This document shows positions 39,351 through 53,732 of a stretch of DNA of 64,000 bases, piece after piece. A model generated the notes under the pieces. That model was not told the origin of the DNA. It did no database searches and was given only the letters and a program-made list of their open reading frames with translations. The stretch spans positions 57,970,001 to 58,034,000 of the forward strand of contig OX597814.1 in NCBI GenBank assembly GCA_951406725.2, read 5' to 3'. This DNA comes from Octopus vulgaris (Eukaryota). Within the stretch, counting starts at the first letter, position 1; every line of letters begins with the position of its first letter. The position numbers were made by a program, and so were the translations under genes.

Positions 39351-39772
39351 CAGTAGAATGGATTATTTCACTTTGCAGAGTATAACGTAACAAACGGGGC
39401 ACTCTTTCGTTGGACCTTTAATGGTTTATACGTTGTGTTAATGGTTAGAACGATGGCCTGTAATATAGATTTCTTAACATACTTCACGAATCGAAACACA
39501 ACAAAACTTTCAAATCGCTTGTATACATAAAATCCAATTACAATTTGTAGTTAAGTAATATAATAAAATTAAAATAAATAGAAACTAGAGAAATATCGAA
39601 AGTTTCGGTTCTTATTGAATTTCAAAAGAATTTTTGCCGAAAAGACGTGTAAGTATACTATTGGTACTGTTTATGTATATGTGTGTGTATTTAACAAGTA
39701 ATAGCTTTAGATGATATAATTACGCGTAGAGACAAACTTTAGCCACCTTAGTACACAAATTGAAGTATGTAT

Positions 39773-39867
<95 letters not shown>

Positions 39868-40099
39868 ACCTAATTTATATCTGTATATACATACGTAAGC
39901 GTATATATGTAAATATACACATATATGTTTGAGTGTGTGAGTTGGTAAGTATGGGTGTGCGAAAATTATCTCTAAGGCAACACGAATTAATAACGCTTTT
40001 TCAAGAATAAAGAAATAAGCCGAAAGCAGCTATGAATAAACATAATATACTCCGCCTTAGGTTATAGATTTAATAGGCACACATTCATAATACTGAAAC

Positions 40100-40136
<37 letters not shown>

Positions 40137-40399
40137 TATATACAGATATACATATAAATATACATATACATACATACGTGCGTGGATACACATATATGTA
40201 TGCATATATGTATGCATATATGCATACGTGTGCCTGTATATATATAGATATGAGTGCGTGTGCATGTGCGTTTCTGTGTTTACTTAAATAAGTGTGCTTA
40301 TATAATTCTTGACTCTACTAGATACACGAAGATATATATGCATACATACAATATATATATAATATGTATATACTATATATATATATATATATATATATA

Positions 40400-41431
<1,032 letters not shown>

Positions 41432-41459
41432 GTAGGATTGACTGTATGGTAAGAATAGA

Positions 41460-41619
41460 CGTAGGAGTGGCTGTGTGCTAAGTGATTTGGTTACGAACCA
41501 CATGGTTCAGGATTCAGTCCCACTGTGTGGCACCTTGAGCAAGTGACTTCTACTATAGCTTCGAGCCGACGAGAGCCTTATAACTGGATTTGGTCGACGG
41601 AAACTGAAAGAAGCCTGTC

Positions 41620-41689
<70 letters not shown>

Positions 41690-41888
41690 ATTCGTGTATC
41701 TGTGTTTGTCCCCCCAAAATTGCTTAACAACCGATGGTAGTGTGTTTACGTTCCCGTAACTTAGCGGTTCGGCAAAAGAGACCGATAGAATAAGTATAAG
41801 GCTTACAAAGAATATGTCCTGGGGTCAGTTTGCTCGACTAAAGGCGGTGCACCAGCAAATGACTGAAACAAGTAAAAGATTAAAAGAG
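41460..41888 (+). mobile_element. SINE family B, full length
   Basis: tRNA head 'ggagtggctgtgtgctaag...ggattcagtccc', internal (TA)n(TG)n, tail 'ggcggtgcaccagca..aatgactgaaacaagtaaaaga'. Confidence 0.9.
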
Positions 41889-41931
41889 TTTATAAAATAT
41901 ATATATATATGTATATATATAATATGTTTAT

Positions 41932-41973
<42 letters not shown>

Positions 41974-42764
41974 AGATATATGATATATAATATATATTTA
42001 TATATACCATATATATTATATAATATATATATATATATATGCAATACATATATTTTTTTTGTTGCAGCTCAGAGCTGCGGCCATGCTGATGCATAATATA
42101 TATAATATATATAATATATATAACATATACAATATACATATATAATATATATACAATATATATAACTTCCGGTTTTCGTAGAGGAAAGACGTGTCTGCTT
42201 TTGCTCTGTGAAAAAAACTAAACAATTTCCATAAATCGACGAAATAATCTACTAAAAGTAACAAAACGTAGAACTTGTTAACTCATAAAATCTACTAAAA
42301 TACATTAATTAAAAATATATTAATTAAAAGCGTAATATATTTCGCTTAAAGCCAAATATAATACAGTAAAGTTAGTTACGCATGCTAGATTTTTCGCCGA
42401 AAAATACGTGGTGGCAAGTCTTAATTTATCTCCAGCCAAATGTAAGAAGGAAAAAGAATTATTTTCTTTTCTACTGTGAAAGAAAACTTCTTCGTACAAG
42501 CACGAGGGTTTGGACTGTACCTTTTACGATAAGTATCGCTTCCAGTTTGTTTATTAATCTTTTGTTTTCCTGTAATTAGTTTAGAATTAAATAATTCCTT
42601 CATTTCCTTACTTTCTTCTACCTCCTCTCTCCTCTCTTACATATATTCCACCACTTCCCGCTCCTTTCTCCCTTTCTTTATCTCTCTTTACGCTTACCCT
42701 TCTCTCTCTCTTGCATATCTTGCATATATGTAATATATATATATATATATATACAATATATATG

Positions 42765-42795
<31 letters not shown>

Positions 42796-43197
42796 ATGTA
42801 TGCACTATATATTAAATATAATACATATACAATATATAATATATATACACAATATATATAATATATATCATATATATATATATAATATACATGTATATAA
42901 TACATATATATATAATACGTAAATAATATAAATAATATATATATATATCTAATATATATAATATAATATATATATAATGTATATATATATATATCTAATA
43001 TATATGATATAGTATATATCCTTAAAAAATCCTTAAACATGATTTAGCCCGAAGGCCGCGGCCATGCTGGGGCACCAAAATGTGTATATATATGTATATA
43101 AGATACATATATATATGTATCTAATATATAATATATATATTTTATTATGTATACACTATATATATATGCGTATAATATATATTAAATACATATATAG

Positions 43198-43232
<35 letters not shown>

Positions 43233-43259
43233 TATATATATTAAATATATATATATATA

Positions 43260-43762
43260 TTTTTTCTCTAGTTTCAACTCAGAGCTGCGGCCATGCTGAT
43301 GCACCACCGTTTTGTGCTACACTGTTATTGCGAAGAACCTCGTCTAATATGTGGCACTTGGTGAAGAATGGAGTTTGATATAGCTACTCTCATTTGCACC
43401 TCTTGCCGTGAGGTAGGTTTATCTGGGACTCTCGACAGGAAGATGTCCAGCTTTGATTTAAAAACCGCTACATCTACTTTGTGAAAGTTTCTCAGACACT
43501 TTGGGAGAATATTAAAAATCTGTGGGCTCTTGAGATCCATGCTGTTGCTGAAGCTGGTCCTGAAGCGTGATGGCATTGCTGGGATCTTTGGCACTATGCA
43601 GTGTCGTCCCGTTCTAGCATTGGTGCAGCTTACAATGCCAAAATTTGGCACAATTCCTTCCAGGATCTTCCAGACATATATTACTGCATACCTCTCTCGT
43701 CTTCTCTCCATGGAGTAGTCTTAGCTGTTTCAACCTTTCCCAGTAGCTGAGCTGTTGCAAAG
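43260..43762 (-). mobile_element. CR1/L2-group LINE 3' end with 3' UTR
   Basis: [35 protein letters not shown]...QIFNILPKCLRN...FKSKLDIFLSRVPDKP, followed by the tail 'ggtggtgcatcagcatggccgcagctctgagttgaaact'. Confidence 0.88.
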
Positions 43763-43878
43763 ATATGTATATATGATATATAAAGTATATAAAGATATAT
43801 ATATATATATATAATATATATGTATATATATAATGTATATATCGTGCATATATATGTATATGTATATACATATGTATG

Positions 43879-43939
<61 letters not shown>

Positions 43940-43984
43940 CTATGTATCTGTGTATCTATATATGTAACCACTCCAATGACCTGA

Positions 43985-45480
43985 CAGATTGTGTATTGAG
44001 AGTGGTGTTTAGTAAGTTTAATACAAAGGAACAGGGCCTTCTCCTTATATAAGCTATGACAGTGACTATTTAGATGATCATTACCTCAGTAGAATCTGCC
44101 CCACCAGGTCACAGACGGGAAGACCACTCACCACCGTTTCAGCAGTGAAGAAAAGCACTATCAAAGCTGAAGTGGCTGGACAGCACCCGCCCAAAACCCT
44201 GAAGAACAATCAAGTGAAAGAAAAGATTGCACAAGCAACAGGGGCCATTGTAAAAGTACTTTGAAGAACCACATAGTAAAGTTTTACAAAACATATACAT
44301 GCAGGTTCATGGAGATGTGGCCGGCTTCTTCATGGCCTGATGGGACAGAAAACTTAAGCAAATGTTAGTAGAACAGCCTCAGTTCTTCTACTCTACGGTA
44401 GGTATGTAGATGACATAAATATCATAGTTAAGACCAACTCTATTAACGTTGGTGTAGAAACTGAAAGGAACGTAATGGAGAGCATCCTAAAAGTAGCTAA
44501 ATCATCCACCAAAGTATCAAGGTAACAATAGATTACTGCACTAGGTACCCCAGCAATAGACTCCCCGTATATGTTATTGAACTTTGGTTAGAGACTGTGA
44601 ACAATAGAGTGCAGCTCCTCCACTCCTGTAACATGAAGCCTATAGCTTCAAAGTATGTTGTTCACAAGAGCTCAGCTTTGTTACACAACATGAAAATTAA
44701 CATAATGATGGCAGACTTAGGATAATGAACAATGTGTCCCCACTATGCGAACCGTATCAAACGAAAAAAGACATAGAGAACTTTATGCACCGCATGCATT
44801 TTTCTGGATATGATCAGAAAGATAGAGTTCTAGTATACAGGCGCGCTAGAAAGAAATTAGATTACATCAAGGCTAATGATACCCTAGATAGAGAAACAAA
44901 GACTGGAATAGGATACAAAGAACTTGTAAGAAAGCAATGAGGGTGAACACGTGGTATAAACCGACAAATATCAACGAGTGATGTTTGTAGAGGCCACATC
45001 CCATGGAAAACTAGCGCGTAGATTTAGATTAACTCTGAAGGAGACGAAACTCAACATTAAGATTTTTGAAAAGCCAGCGAAATCCATCAGATCACAACTA
45101 TGTATGACGTACCCCTTTGAGAATACCATAAACACCAATGATAACAGCATAATATGTAGGATTAGTGCTGGCATTACCTGTACAACTAGAAGTGTAGTTT
45201 ACAGCATAAGATGCATAGAATGTGCTTGTAAAGACATGAACATGACATACATAGGGGAGACATCTAGGAGCATTGCGAACAACTAAATGAACATTTGAGA
45301 CAATATGACGACAAAAATAGTCCGCCATACTCTACTAACATACCAAGGACCAACATGGAGGTAACCTCTGTCAACTTGACATCCGCATCTTATCCAAGCA
45401 TCCGAACAATCAAACACTCAGACAAATACAGGAGTACGTTCTCATAAATGAAACTTACTCAATACTAAATAGGAAATATG
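43985..45480 (+). mobile_element. Degenerate Penelope-like element (RT plus GIY-YIG)
   Basis: LYGRYVDDINIIV near 44390; MKPIASKYVVHKSSAL; CTTRSVVYSIRCIEC...YIGETSRS (ORF 44978). Confidence 0.85.
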
Positions 45481-46299
45481 CATAGTAGGTATCGTAACCC
45501 CATACAGGTAGAGTAGAATAGTTAGTGGGCTGTTATGTATGTATATGTATGTGTGTGTGTGTGAGCGTTTGTATATATATGTATATGCATATGTATGTAA
45601 GCATATGGATATGAAAGTAAACAGATCAACATACAGACGGATAGGTACATAGGTTATATGAACAAACAAGCACACATACGAACACATTCACAAATTAAGA
45701 CTGAAACACATGACCATACACACACACACTTTACTTCACACAAGGACACATATGGAGATATACGTCCACAGATATGGAGATACACATCCATATATACAAC
45801 ATGGTACATAGTTACAATCACACACAAACGCATATATACACACAGAGAGTCAGACATGCACATACAAGGAAACAGAAGTACACATTTACATGCACACAAA
45901 AACACACACAGACAGGCAAACACATGGGTTTGCAGAATATATACAGACAAATGTACAAACATACATATATAAATAAATGCACACACACACACGTATGCAT
46001 ACATACATACATGCATGCATGCATATGCTCACGCACACACTAAGACACAGACATGCGCAAAAGCCAACAGAAAGGAAAGAAGTGTGAATAAAGGACAGAG
46101 TAAAACCTATTGAAATGGTTGTAAGAAGCAACGAAAACTTTAGAGTAATAAAGAAGGATATCAGCGGAAATTTTACCCGTGTGTGTATTAAATTGTAAGG
46201 CACTAAAATAGAGTAACTCTCCCCAGACACAACGGTAAATACTTCAACACAAGAACTCACATAAAGACTCTTGTAAACCAAGTCAAAAAACGAACTACA

Positions 46300-46374
<75 letters not shown>

Positions 46375-46631
46375 CTGTGCATATATATATATGCGTTTAT
46401 ATGTGTATATATCTGTATGTAAATATATATATGTATACATGTATGTATATATATATCTATATGTATATATATATATGCATTTGTATATGCATGTATATGT
46501 ATGTATATATATATGTATATATACGTATATGTATATATATATATACATGTATATATATATATATATATGAATATGTATGTATATGTATAAGTACATATAT
46601 GTATATGTATATATATGTATATGCATATGTA

Positions 46632-46664
<33 letters not shown>

Positions 46665-46778
46665 GTATATATATATGTATATATGTATATGTATATATAT
46701 GTATATATATATATGTATATATGCGTATATATATGTAGATATATATGTAGATATATATATGTAAATATATATGTGTAA

Positions 46779-46848
<70 letters not shown>

Positions 46849-46930
46849 GTGTATATATATATTTTTATAAGTATGTATAACTATATGAATATATAAATGT
46901 ATATATATATATGTGTATATATATATATGT
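46300..46930. repeat. Long degenerate (TA)n/(TATG)n tract
   Basis: direct reading; source of the 367-aa artefact ORF. Confidence 0.95.
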
Positions 46931-47028
46931 ATGTATAGGGGAGAGTTGACGAAAAAACAAAAGACGAAGACAGGTGGTGTACAAAACAAACAGATGTATT
47001 ATTATAACGCTCAAGAATTGAAAAACTC

Positions 47029-47062
47029 TTTTACGTTTCGAGCCTACACTCTTCTACAGAAA
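47029..47062 (-). ncRNA. Minimal hammerhead-like motif in a PLE terminal fragment (46930-47125)
   Basis: minus: ttt-CTGTAGA-agag(tgtagg)ctc-GAAA-CG-TA-aaa; A6 is replaced by U. Confidence 0.55.
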
Positions 47063-47136
47063 GGGAAACAGAAAACAAACAAGGAGAGAAACAAGGAGTG
47101 AAAAAATATGTGTATTAGCTACCGATCTATGATGAT

Positions 47137-47196
<60 letters not shown>

Positions 47197-47411
47197 ATGT
47201 ATATATATATGCATATATATACGTATAGATATATGTATATATATATGTATATATATGTGTATGAATATATGTATATATATATGTATATATATGTGTATGC
47301 ATATATAGATACTCATATATATATGCACATATATATGGATATATATATGTGTATATATACATATATGTAAATATATGTATATTGATGTATATATATAAAT
47401 GTATATATATG

Positions 47412-47460
<49 letters not shown>

Positions 47461-47519
47461 GTCTCATATATATGGTCGCAGCTGTATATATATATATATA
47501 TATACATATATGAGTGCAA

Positions 47520-48990
47520 TTGTCTTAATGGACGAGGTATACTATATAACCAATTTCAAATATAAAAACCTTTCAATTCTATTCTATTCCCAAGATACAC
47601 AAAAGTGACAAAATAAGTAACGAATGTAGGCCAGCCACAGACATAATAATAAATTCCCTACTCCTACTGAATTGAAATTGAGGCCTATAATGGAGCTATC
47701 GCATGCGAAACCCACTGCCTCAGTAGCTTTTTAAATAACGTCTGAAAACCACTGAAGCATGTGAAAAGCCACATACTGGACGACCTGGATATTCTCAATC
47801 ACTTTCCTGAAACAATAAACAAAAGCACCCTTCTAGTATCCTTCGTTGTAGTCAACCTCTATTCCAATATCCCCCACAACCTAGGAATAGAGGCAATTCA
47901 ATTCTGACTAGAGAATTAAGCCAACGAACTCCTACATCGCAACAAAAATAGGTCGTGATAGAAGAGCTAAACTTTAGCGTGGAGAATAACTACTTCGTCT
48001 TAAAAGATAACTTCTATCGACAAAATTCGGGAACTGCGATGTGTACGAGAATGGCCCCCTCCTTTGCTAAATTAGTCGTTATCGTAAAGTTCCAGAAAAA
48101 TACGGCAGACCATTCTTCTTCTACAAAGAACATAACTGGAAGAGATGCCTGGATGACTGTTTCATTCTTTGATATGAAAGTATAGAGACTTAAAGAATTT
48201 TAAGCACTTATAAATGGACTTCACGTAAGGGTATATACTATAGTGTCTAATGCAAGGATCAGGGACACACCACTACATGAACTAAAGGCTACACTCATCA
48301 CCAAGTACCTATCTTCACTAATTGACATATTCGTTTAACGTGGCCTACATCTCAACATCCATGAACTCAGAATCCCAAATTAAAGAAGGGTTTACAACCA
48401 AAAGCCCTACCATGTATCTCCACACACAACTCTCTTAACAATGAAGCCTTCCAAAGCATCCTTTATAACATTTGCCCGCTCAAAAAGGACCACAGAATGA
48501 ATTTAATCCTCCAAACACACACCGTCATAAAAAAACAGGACAGCCCAAATCTATGAAAAGTCTCCTAACACAAGCCCGAATATTGTCAACACTGAAGCAG
48601 TCAGTAAAAACTTTGGTATATGTGTCAATTTAAATGAGGGATAAGAGTTCTCCTTCAAACATGGACAGCGTTTTACAGTGAAGAGCAGCTTCACATGTAC
48701 TTCGGAGAACCTGATATACGCACTAGCCTGCTCTTTGTGTCAAGAGCAATACATAAGCAAATTAAAAACAGCCTACGTCAAAGGATGGCTCTGCACAGAT
48801 CCCAGATCAAAATTCTAAAAACAGAAAAATAACATTCAGCCAACACATCGACATTTGCGCCAACAACAAAAATCCAAGTTTCAAAATGTTTCCCCTCTAT
48901 CGATTCAGGGACGATACAACCTGTAGCCAACGAATTAGTAAAGAGTGTCTCTTTATTACAAAATAGATACCCCTTTGAACACATCTACAA
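47520..48990 (+). mobile_element. Degenerate Penelope-like element (RT plus GIY-YIG)
   Basis: FYSIPKIHK; LVSFVVVNLYSNIPHNLGIEAI; NNYFVLKDNFYRQNSGTAMCTRMAPSFA; WKRCLDDCF; FTCTSENLIYALACSLCQEQYI. Confidence 0.9.
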
Positions 48991-49196
48991 CAAATGACAT
49001 ATCCACCACGACCTTAGAATTATACACACTCAAATATTAAAAACAAATACATTCCAAAGATATACCCTAGAATTCATTAGGATCAGTCCCAATCCCTGCT
49101 ATAATCCACATCGAATCACTTTTAGGTCATTTGACCATTTAAAATTCTACTAATATCCTACCATCCTGCATTCTTTTATTATTCTCCCTCTGTCTT

Positions 49197-49275
49197 TTCT
49201 TCTTCTTCTTCTTCTTCTTCTTCTTCTTCTTCTTCTTCTTCTTCTTCTTCTTCTTCTTCTTCTTCTTCTTCTTCC
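49197..49275. repeat. (TTC)n microsatellite
   Basis: direct reading. Confidence 0.95.
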
Positions 49276-49854
49276 TCCTCCTCCTCTCTGTCACCTCCTT
49301 CCTTACTTTACTACTAATGTTGTTTAGAATAACACCTACGCAAATATAAACAATACATTCAAAAGAGATATCTCAAGAATTCATCACTACTACCATCCAC
49401 AACATGTAACTTTCTGTAACTACCTGATAATTTCTTGTTAAGATTCCTTATTAAGAAGTTATCCTTAATTGTTAAATTTATTCCGAAGAAAAACTTTTCC
49501 TACCCGACATGCAGTTCGAGAAAGCCCGCCATTTACCGAATATATGATGAATAAACATTTCCATGTGCTTTGCCGAGGGGAGCAGATGTCTGTTTGACTT
49601 CGCCAGGTATGTTGGTCGTTTATTTATAATGTGTTCAGAATCAGTTCTACTGATGAATATTGACGTATTTGATGCGTTAAGTGTGAAATCACAGGTGATA
49701 TAGAACTAAATTCATTTTTTAAATGTCTTGCTTCGAAAACTGCATTAGGTACGATTAGTGAAATTTTGGCAGTAATGACTTATGTCCCTCTTAGCGTGAG
49801 GCATTTATGTGTACTAATGCCCTCTATACAATATATATATATATATATATATAT

Positions 49855-51078
49855 TGTTACGGTTGGCTAAGTGCATTTCGGGTTTAATTAGTGTAGTGTT
49901 TCTGTTGACCCACATAGGAATAATGGCACCATCATGTCTGGTGAAAATGTGACAGTCTTTTGTCTAATGGAGGACTGATGGGTTTTGGAATGACCTGTGA
50001 CCTCGTGCGGCTGAGAAGAGGGTCAGTGAGCAGTGAGAGAGGAAGACAGATTAAGGGCTGAGAGCAAATAGAGATAGAGTGTAAGAGAAAAGGGACAGAT
50101 AGAGAGGGAGAGTCTGGCAGGCGATAGCGATAGAGTAAGAGCAGAGGGCAAATAGAAAGGATAAGCAGTAAGGGACAGATTGAGGATATAGATAGAGTAT
50201 AAGGACCAGGGCAGTTAGAGAGGGTATGAGCGGTACAGAGGGAGATGAGGGAGTGGAAGAAGCACAGAGACGAAGTGAGGTCTGGGCAGTCGTTGAGCGG
50301 TCGTCGAAGAACACGGACGGATCTGGCAGTTGGTAGTTGGTCGTCGAAGAACACAGACGGATCTTGCGGTCGGTGAGCGGTCGTCGAGGAACACAGACGG
50401 ACCTTGGATTTAAGGAGCAAGCGTTGGAATTCCTGGGAGCGAGCTGGGATGCGAGGAGGCCTAGGAGCGAGCGATTGGAATATGCACAGAGGGGAATTAG
50501 CAGAGTATTCAGAGGATTTAGCAGTATTGGGAGGAATGGGACACTGGCAGATTCAATTGGGAATTGAGGTATGTGTTGTGCATTGATATGTGTCACGGTG
50601 TATTGAACAGTGAAGAGGACAGTCAGAGACTCTGTCGATGTGTCGATTATCGAGTTGTGGTATTGATGTTCAGAAAGAGACTTTAAGAGAACTGTTGTCT
50701 TGAGACGTGTACTCTTGAATTGTTACATGATGTTGTATTATGCTTTGAATTGTAATCTTGAAATGCTGTTGTTAAATGTTTGATCTGTTGTATGATGCAT
50801 TGAGTAGTCACGTGCATGTCTTCCTTTAAATGTCTGCCTTAAATGTATTTGATGTGTAGCAATTGATTGTCGTATAAACTGTTGTTTGAATATAAGCCAG
50901 TGTTGCCAGTTGTTGCCTTGCCTCTCTTAGGGTTGTATCTCGGGTTGTGCCTCTGTATCTCTGTGCTGTTGGGGTTGTGGCAGTATCTATCTGTATCTCC
51001 TCTCTCCGCATCTTTGGGATCCGTGGCGGAACTTGTGTGAGCCGTTCGGGACGGGCGACGACGGGTGATTCCGTAACA
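49855..51078. mobile_element. Solo LTR (Gypsy/BEL-like) of ~1.2 kb
   Basis: termini TGTTACGG...CCGTAACA (8-bp inverted repeat, TG..CA), 'atat' on both flanks, GC-richer than surroundings, non-coding, internal ~40-bp tandem repeats. Confidence 0.75.
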
Positions 51079-51087
51079 ATATATTGA

Positions 51088-51450
51088 AGTAGATAAATGA
51101 ATTATCTTATTACGGATAATTAAAATGATAACCGATACCTGGTAGCAAAAATAACAACAGAAAAAGCACGGTTGAAGTTACGACCATGGGGCATAAAATC
51201 CGTGCCTTAGTGCGGAAATATATATATATACACTTAATATATATATATGTATATATATATATGTATATATATATGTATATATATATATATATATTTAGTA
51301 GATAAATGAATTATCTTATTACGGATAATTCAAATGATAACCGATACCTGGGTAGCAAAAATCACAACAGAAAAAGCACGGTTGAAGTTACAACCATGGG
51401 GCATAAAATCCGTGCCTTAGTGCGGAAATATATATATATACACTTAATAT
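51088..51450. repeat. Tandem duplication of a ~150-bp element separated by (TA)n
   Basis: 51088-51240 is nearly identical to 51297-51450. Confidence 0.9.
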
Positions 51451-52513
51451 ATATATATATATATATATATGTAACTGCCGAAACATGGCAGCCACCAGTG
51501 TGAAAATAATTTGAATACGGAGGAAATATTTCATGAGAAAATATTTGCGAAGAACTTCTGAACGTGGACGCCTGATTTGTAATAAGAAGACGAAATCGTA
51601 CTGTCTTGAAGAAGAAACATTTGCAAAGTGTTTGAAATACGATTGGCTGCGTGAAGAATCGAGAATATAAATTGTGATTTATCCTCAAAAATAATGCCAT
51701 TTCTGGATGAGTAATTATAAGAAATACACGTTAAACGAATTTTTATTTAGCAACATATTTCCAGAGTTAGAAAAGAAAGAATAGCATTAACTTATAAAAA
51801 ATTAGATTATTTCAATAAGTTATAAAAAACAAGAAACAGAAACAGAAAGAAAAAGTTATTTAAGTCCAGAAAATGGTAGGATTGAATAACAATTTGTGCA
51901 CCCAAGCCCAAACGGTTTAAAATTTTATCAAAGATTAGGGAATATTGATTTAAAGTGATTAACTTGTTTCGGATATGAGTAATCTGTTGGATATTGTTTC
52001 TATGTAAGACTTTAGGCTAAGGCTGTGTTCATTTTTTAATATTACAAATATTGAAGAACGTGGATTTGTAGTGTGGAAGATTAAATGCTACACTTGTTTA
52101 GATACTTTTTCTGTGCATTTAATTCACATGAAAAATATTTGATTTGGGTGCATGCTTCAAGTACAAATACAAGCCAGTGAAACACTAGAATAAATATAAT
52201 CGACAGTGTGCTGTCTCTGAAATTTGTACATTTGTGCACATGCTGGAAATCAAATATTACAAAAGCAGTCACTCAGAGAGTTTTGAATGAACTATGCCGT
52301 GTTGATAAAGATATGTTAATAGTTAATAATTGCGGAAATGATATATAATAAATTTAATTATTAATCGGTGGAATGCAGACGTTTACAGAACAGATAATGA
52401 CACATAGGTTCAAACATATATTAATGTGGTTTTAATCCAGCATAAAGGCTAATGAATTTTAAAATAAGAGTTCTTTGTTGTATTGTTGATTGTTGTAAAG
52501 TAGACAGTAGATG

Positions 52514-52553
<40 letters not shown>

Positions 52554-53524
52554 TGTGTGTGTGCGCGCACGTTTCTGTGTATGATCGTGCAAGTGCGGAG
52601 AAAGAAGTTGAACTGATGGCCATTTCAGTGATCAGAATTATCCTTCAAAGAGTAATAAGCTTCATTGATTAGTCTGAGAATGAACAAAGCACTCATCTAG
52701 GAAATATTGACTTAGGAAGGAGGAAAGCCATAGCTGAACACGACCGTCTGGAAACGCAGTCGGCCATAACGCAAAGCATTCTTGTCGACACTAATGATTT
52801 TGCCATGTTCTTCTCACAGGCACACGCTAACATACACACAGTCGCACGCAACACACGCACACTCTCTCTATCTCTCTCTCTCAATCACTTTCTCTTTCTC
52901 TCACACACACTCACACATATATATTGAATAAAAGTATATAGTAAACTTTGCGAGAAGAGCATGCTTGTATATACTTCTGTTTCATTTTCCTTCTTGCCTA
53001 AATTGTACGGTAGCGACGCAAAATAGTATACTAATATTATAATAGCATTGTCGTTCATATAATAATGTAAGACATAGTGATATTTATCAACTACAATGTT
53101 ATATATCAATATACTTAAAATGCAAATATATAGCACTGGAAAAAATTGCATATCTCGAGTAACTATAAAATATAACTTTTAATCACTATGTTAATATATT
53201 ATAATCTTCTCTAAACGTTCATACAGGCAAAAATATATACTGACAAACATGAAGAACACGAAAAGAAGCACAAACGTATGAATGATAAAATTCACGCAAT
53301 TTGCACATCTAATAGAAATATATAGACCATAAAATGCATATCAAAAGAAAATATACATTTAAATCTTTAATTATGTATCCATTTATTTCGCCATAATGAT
53401 CTTCCTCATTGCTATTAGGAAATTCACTTAAATAAAGATATATACTCGTAGTTGATACCTATGCATAAATAGCAATTTAAAATGTTCTGCTATGAAAGAG
53501 TTAAATATTAATATTTTCATGTAA

Positions 53525-53732
53525 TAAGGCGATGAGCAGGCAGAATTGTTTGCACGCCGGGCGAAATGCTTAGCGGCATTTCGTCCGTTTTTATGCCCTG
53601 AGTTCAAATTCTGCTGAGTACTGCTTTAACATTTTGGGGCCGGTAAAATGGGAACCAGTTGAACATTTGGGTCGATGCAATCGACTTACTCCTCCTATAA
53701 AATTGCTTGCCTTGTGCCGAATTTGAAACTGA
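53525..53732 (+). mobile_element. SINE family A
   Basis: 'aaggcgatgagcaggcagaattg...tgcttagcggcatttcg...gagttcaaattctgc...gccttgtgcc'. Confidence 0.85.

Noticed and set aside
45886-46989. 367-aa ORF and the many YI/MYVC/HT-repeat ORFs
   Set aside because: These are translations of (TA)n, (TATG)n and (CA)n microsatellites, which lack stop codons
50290-50403. Repeat-spacer-like array (CRISPR-like)
   Set aside because: Three tandem units with related spacers inside a eukaryotic LTR; no cas genes
49932-50596. 162- and 181-aa minus ORFs
   Set aside because: They lie in the GA-rich solo LTR, are low-complexity and show no gag/pol motifs
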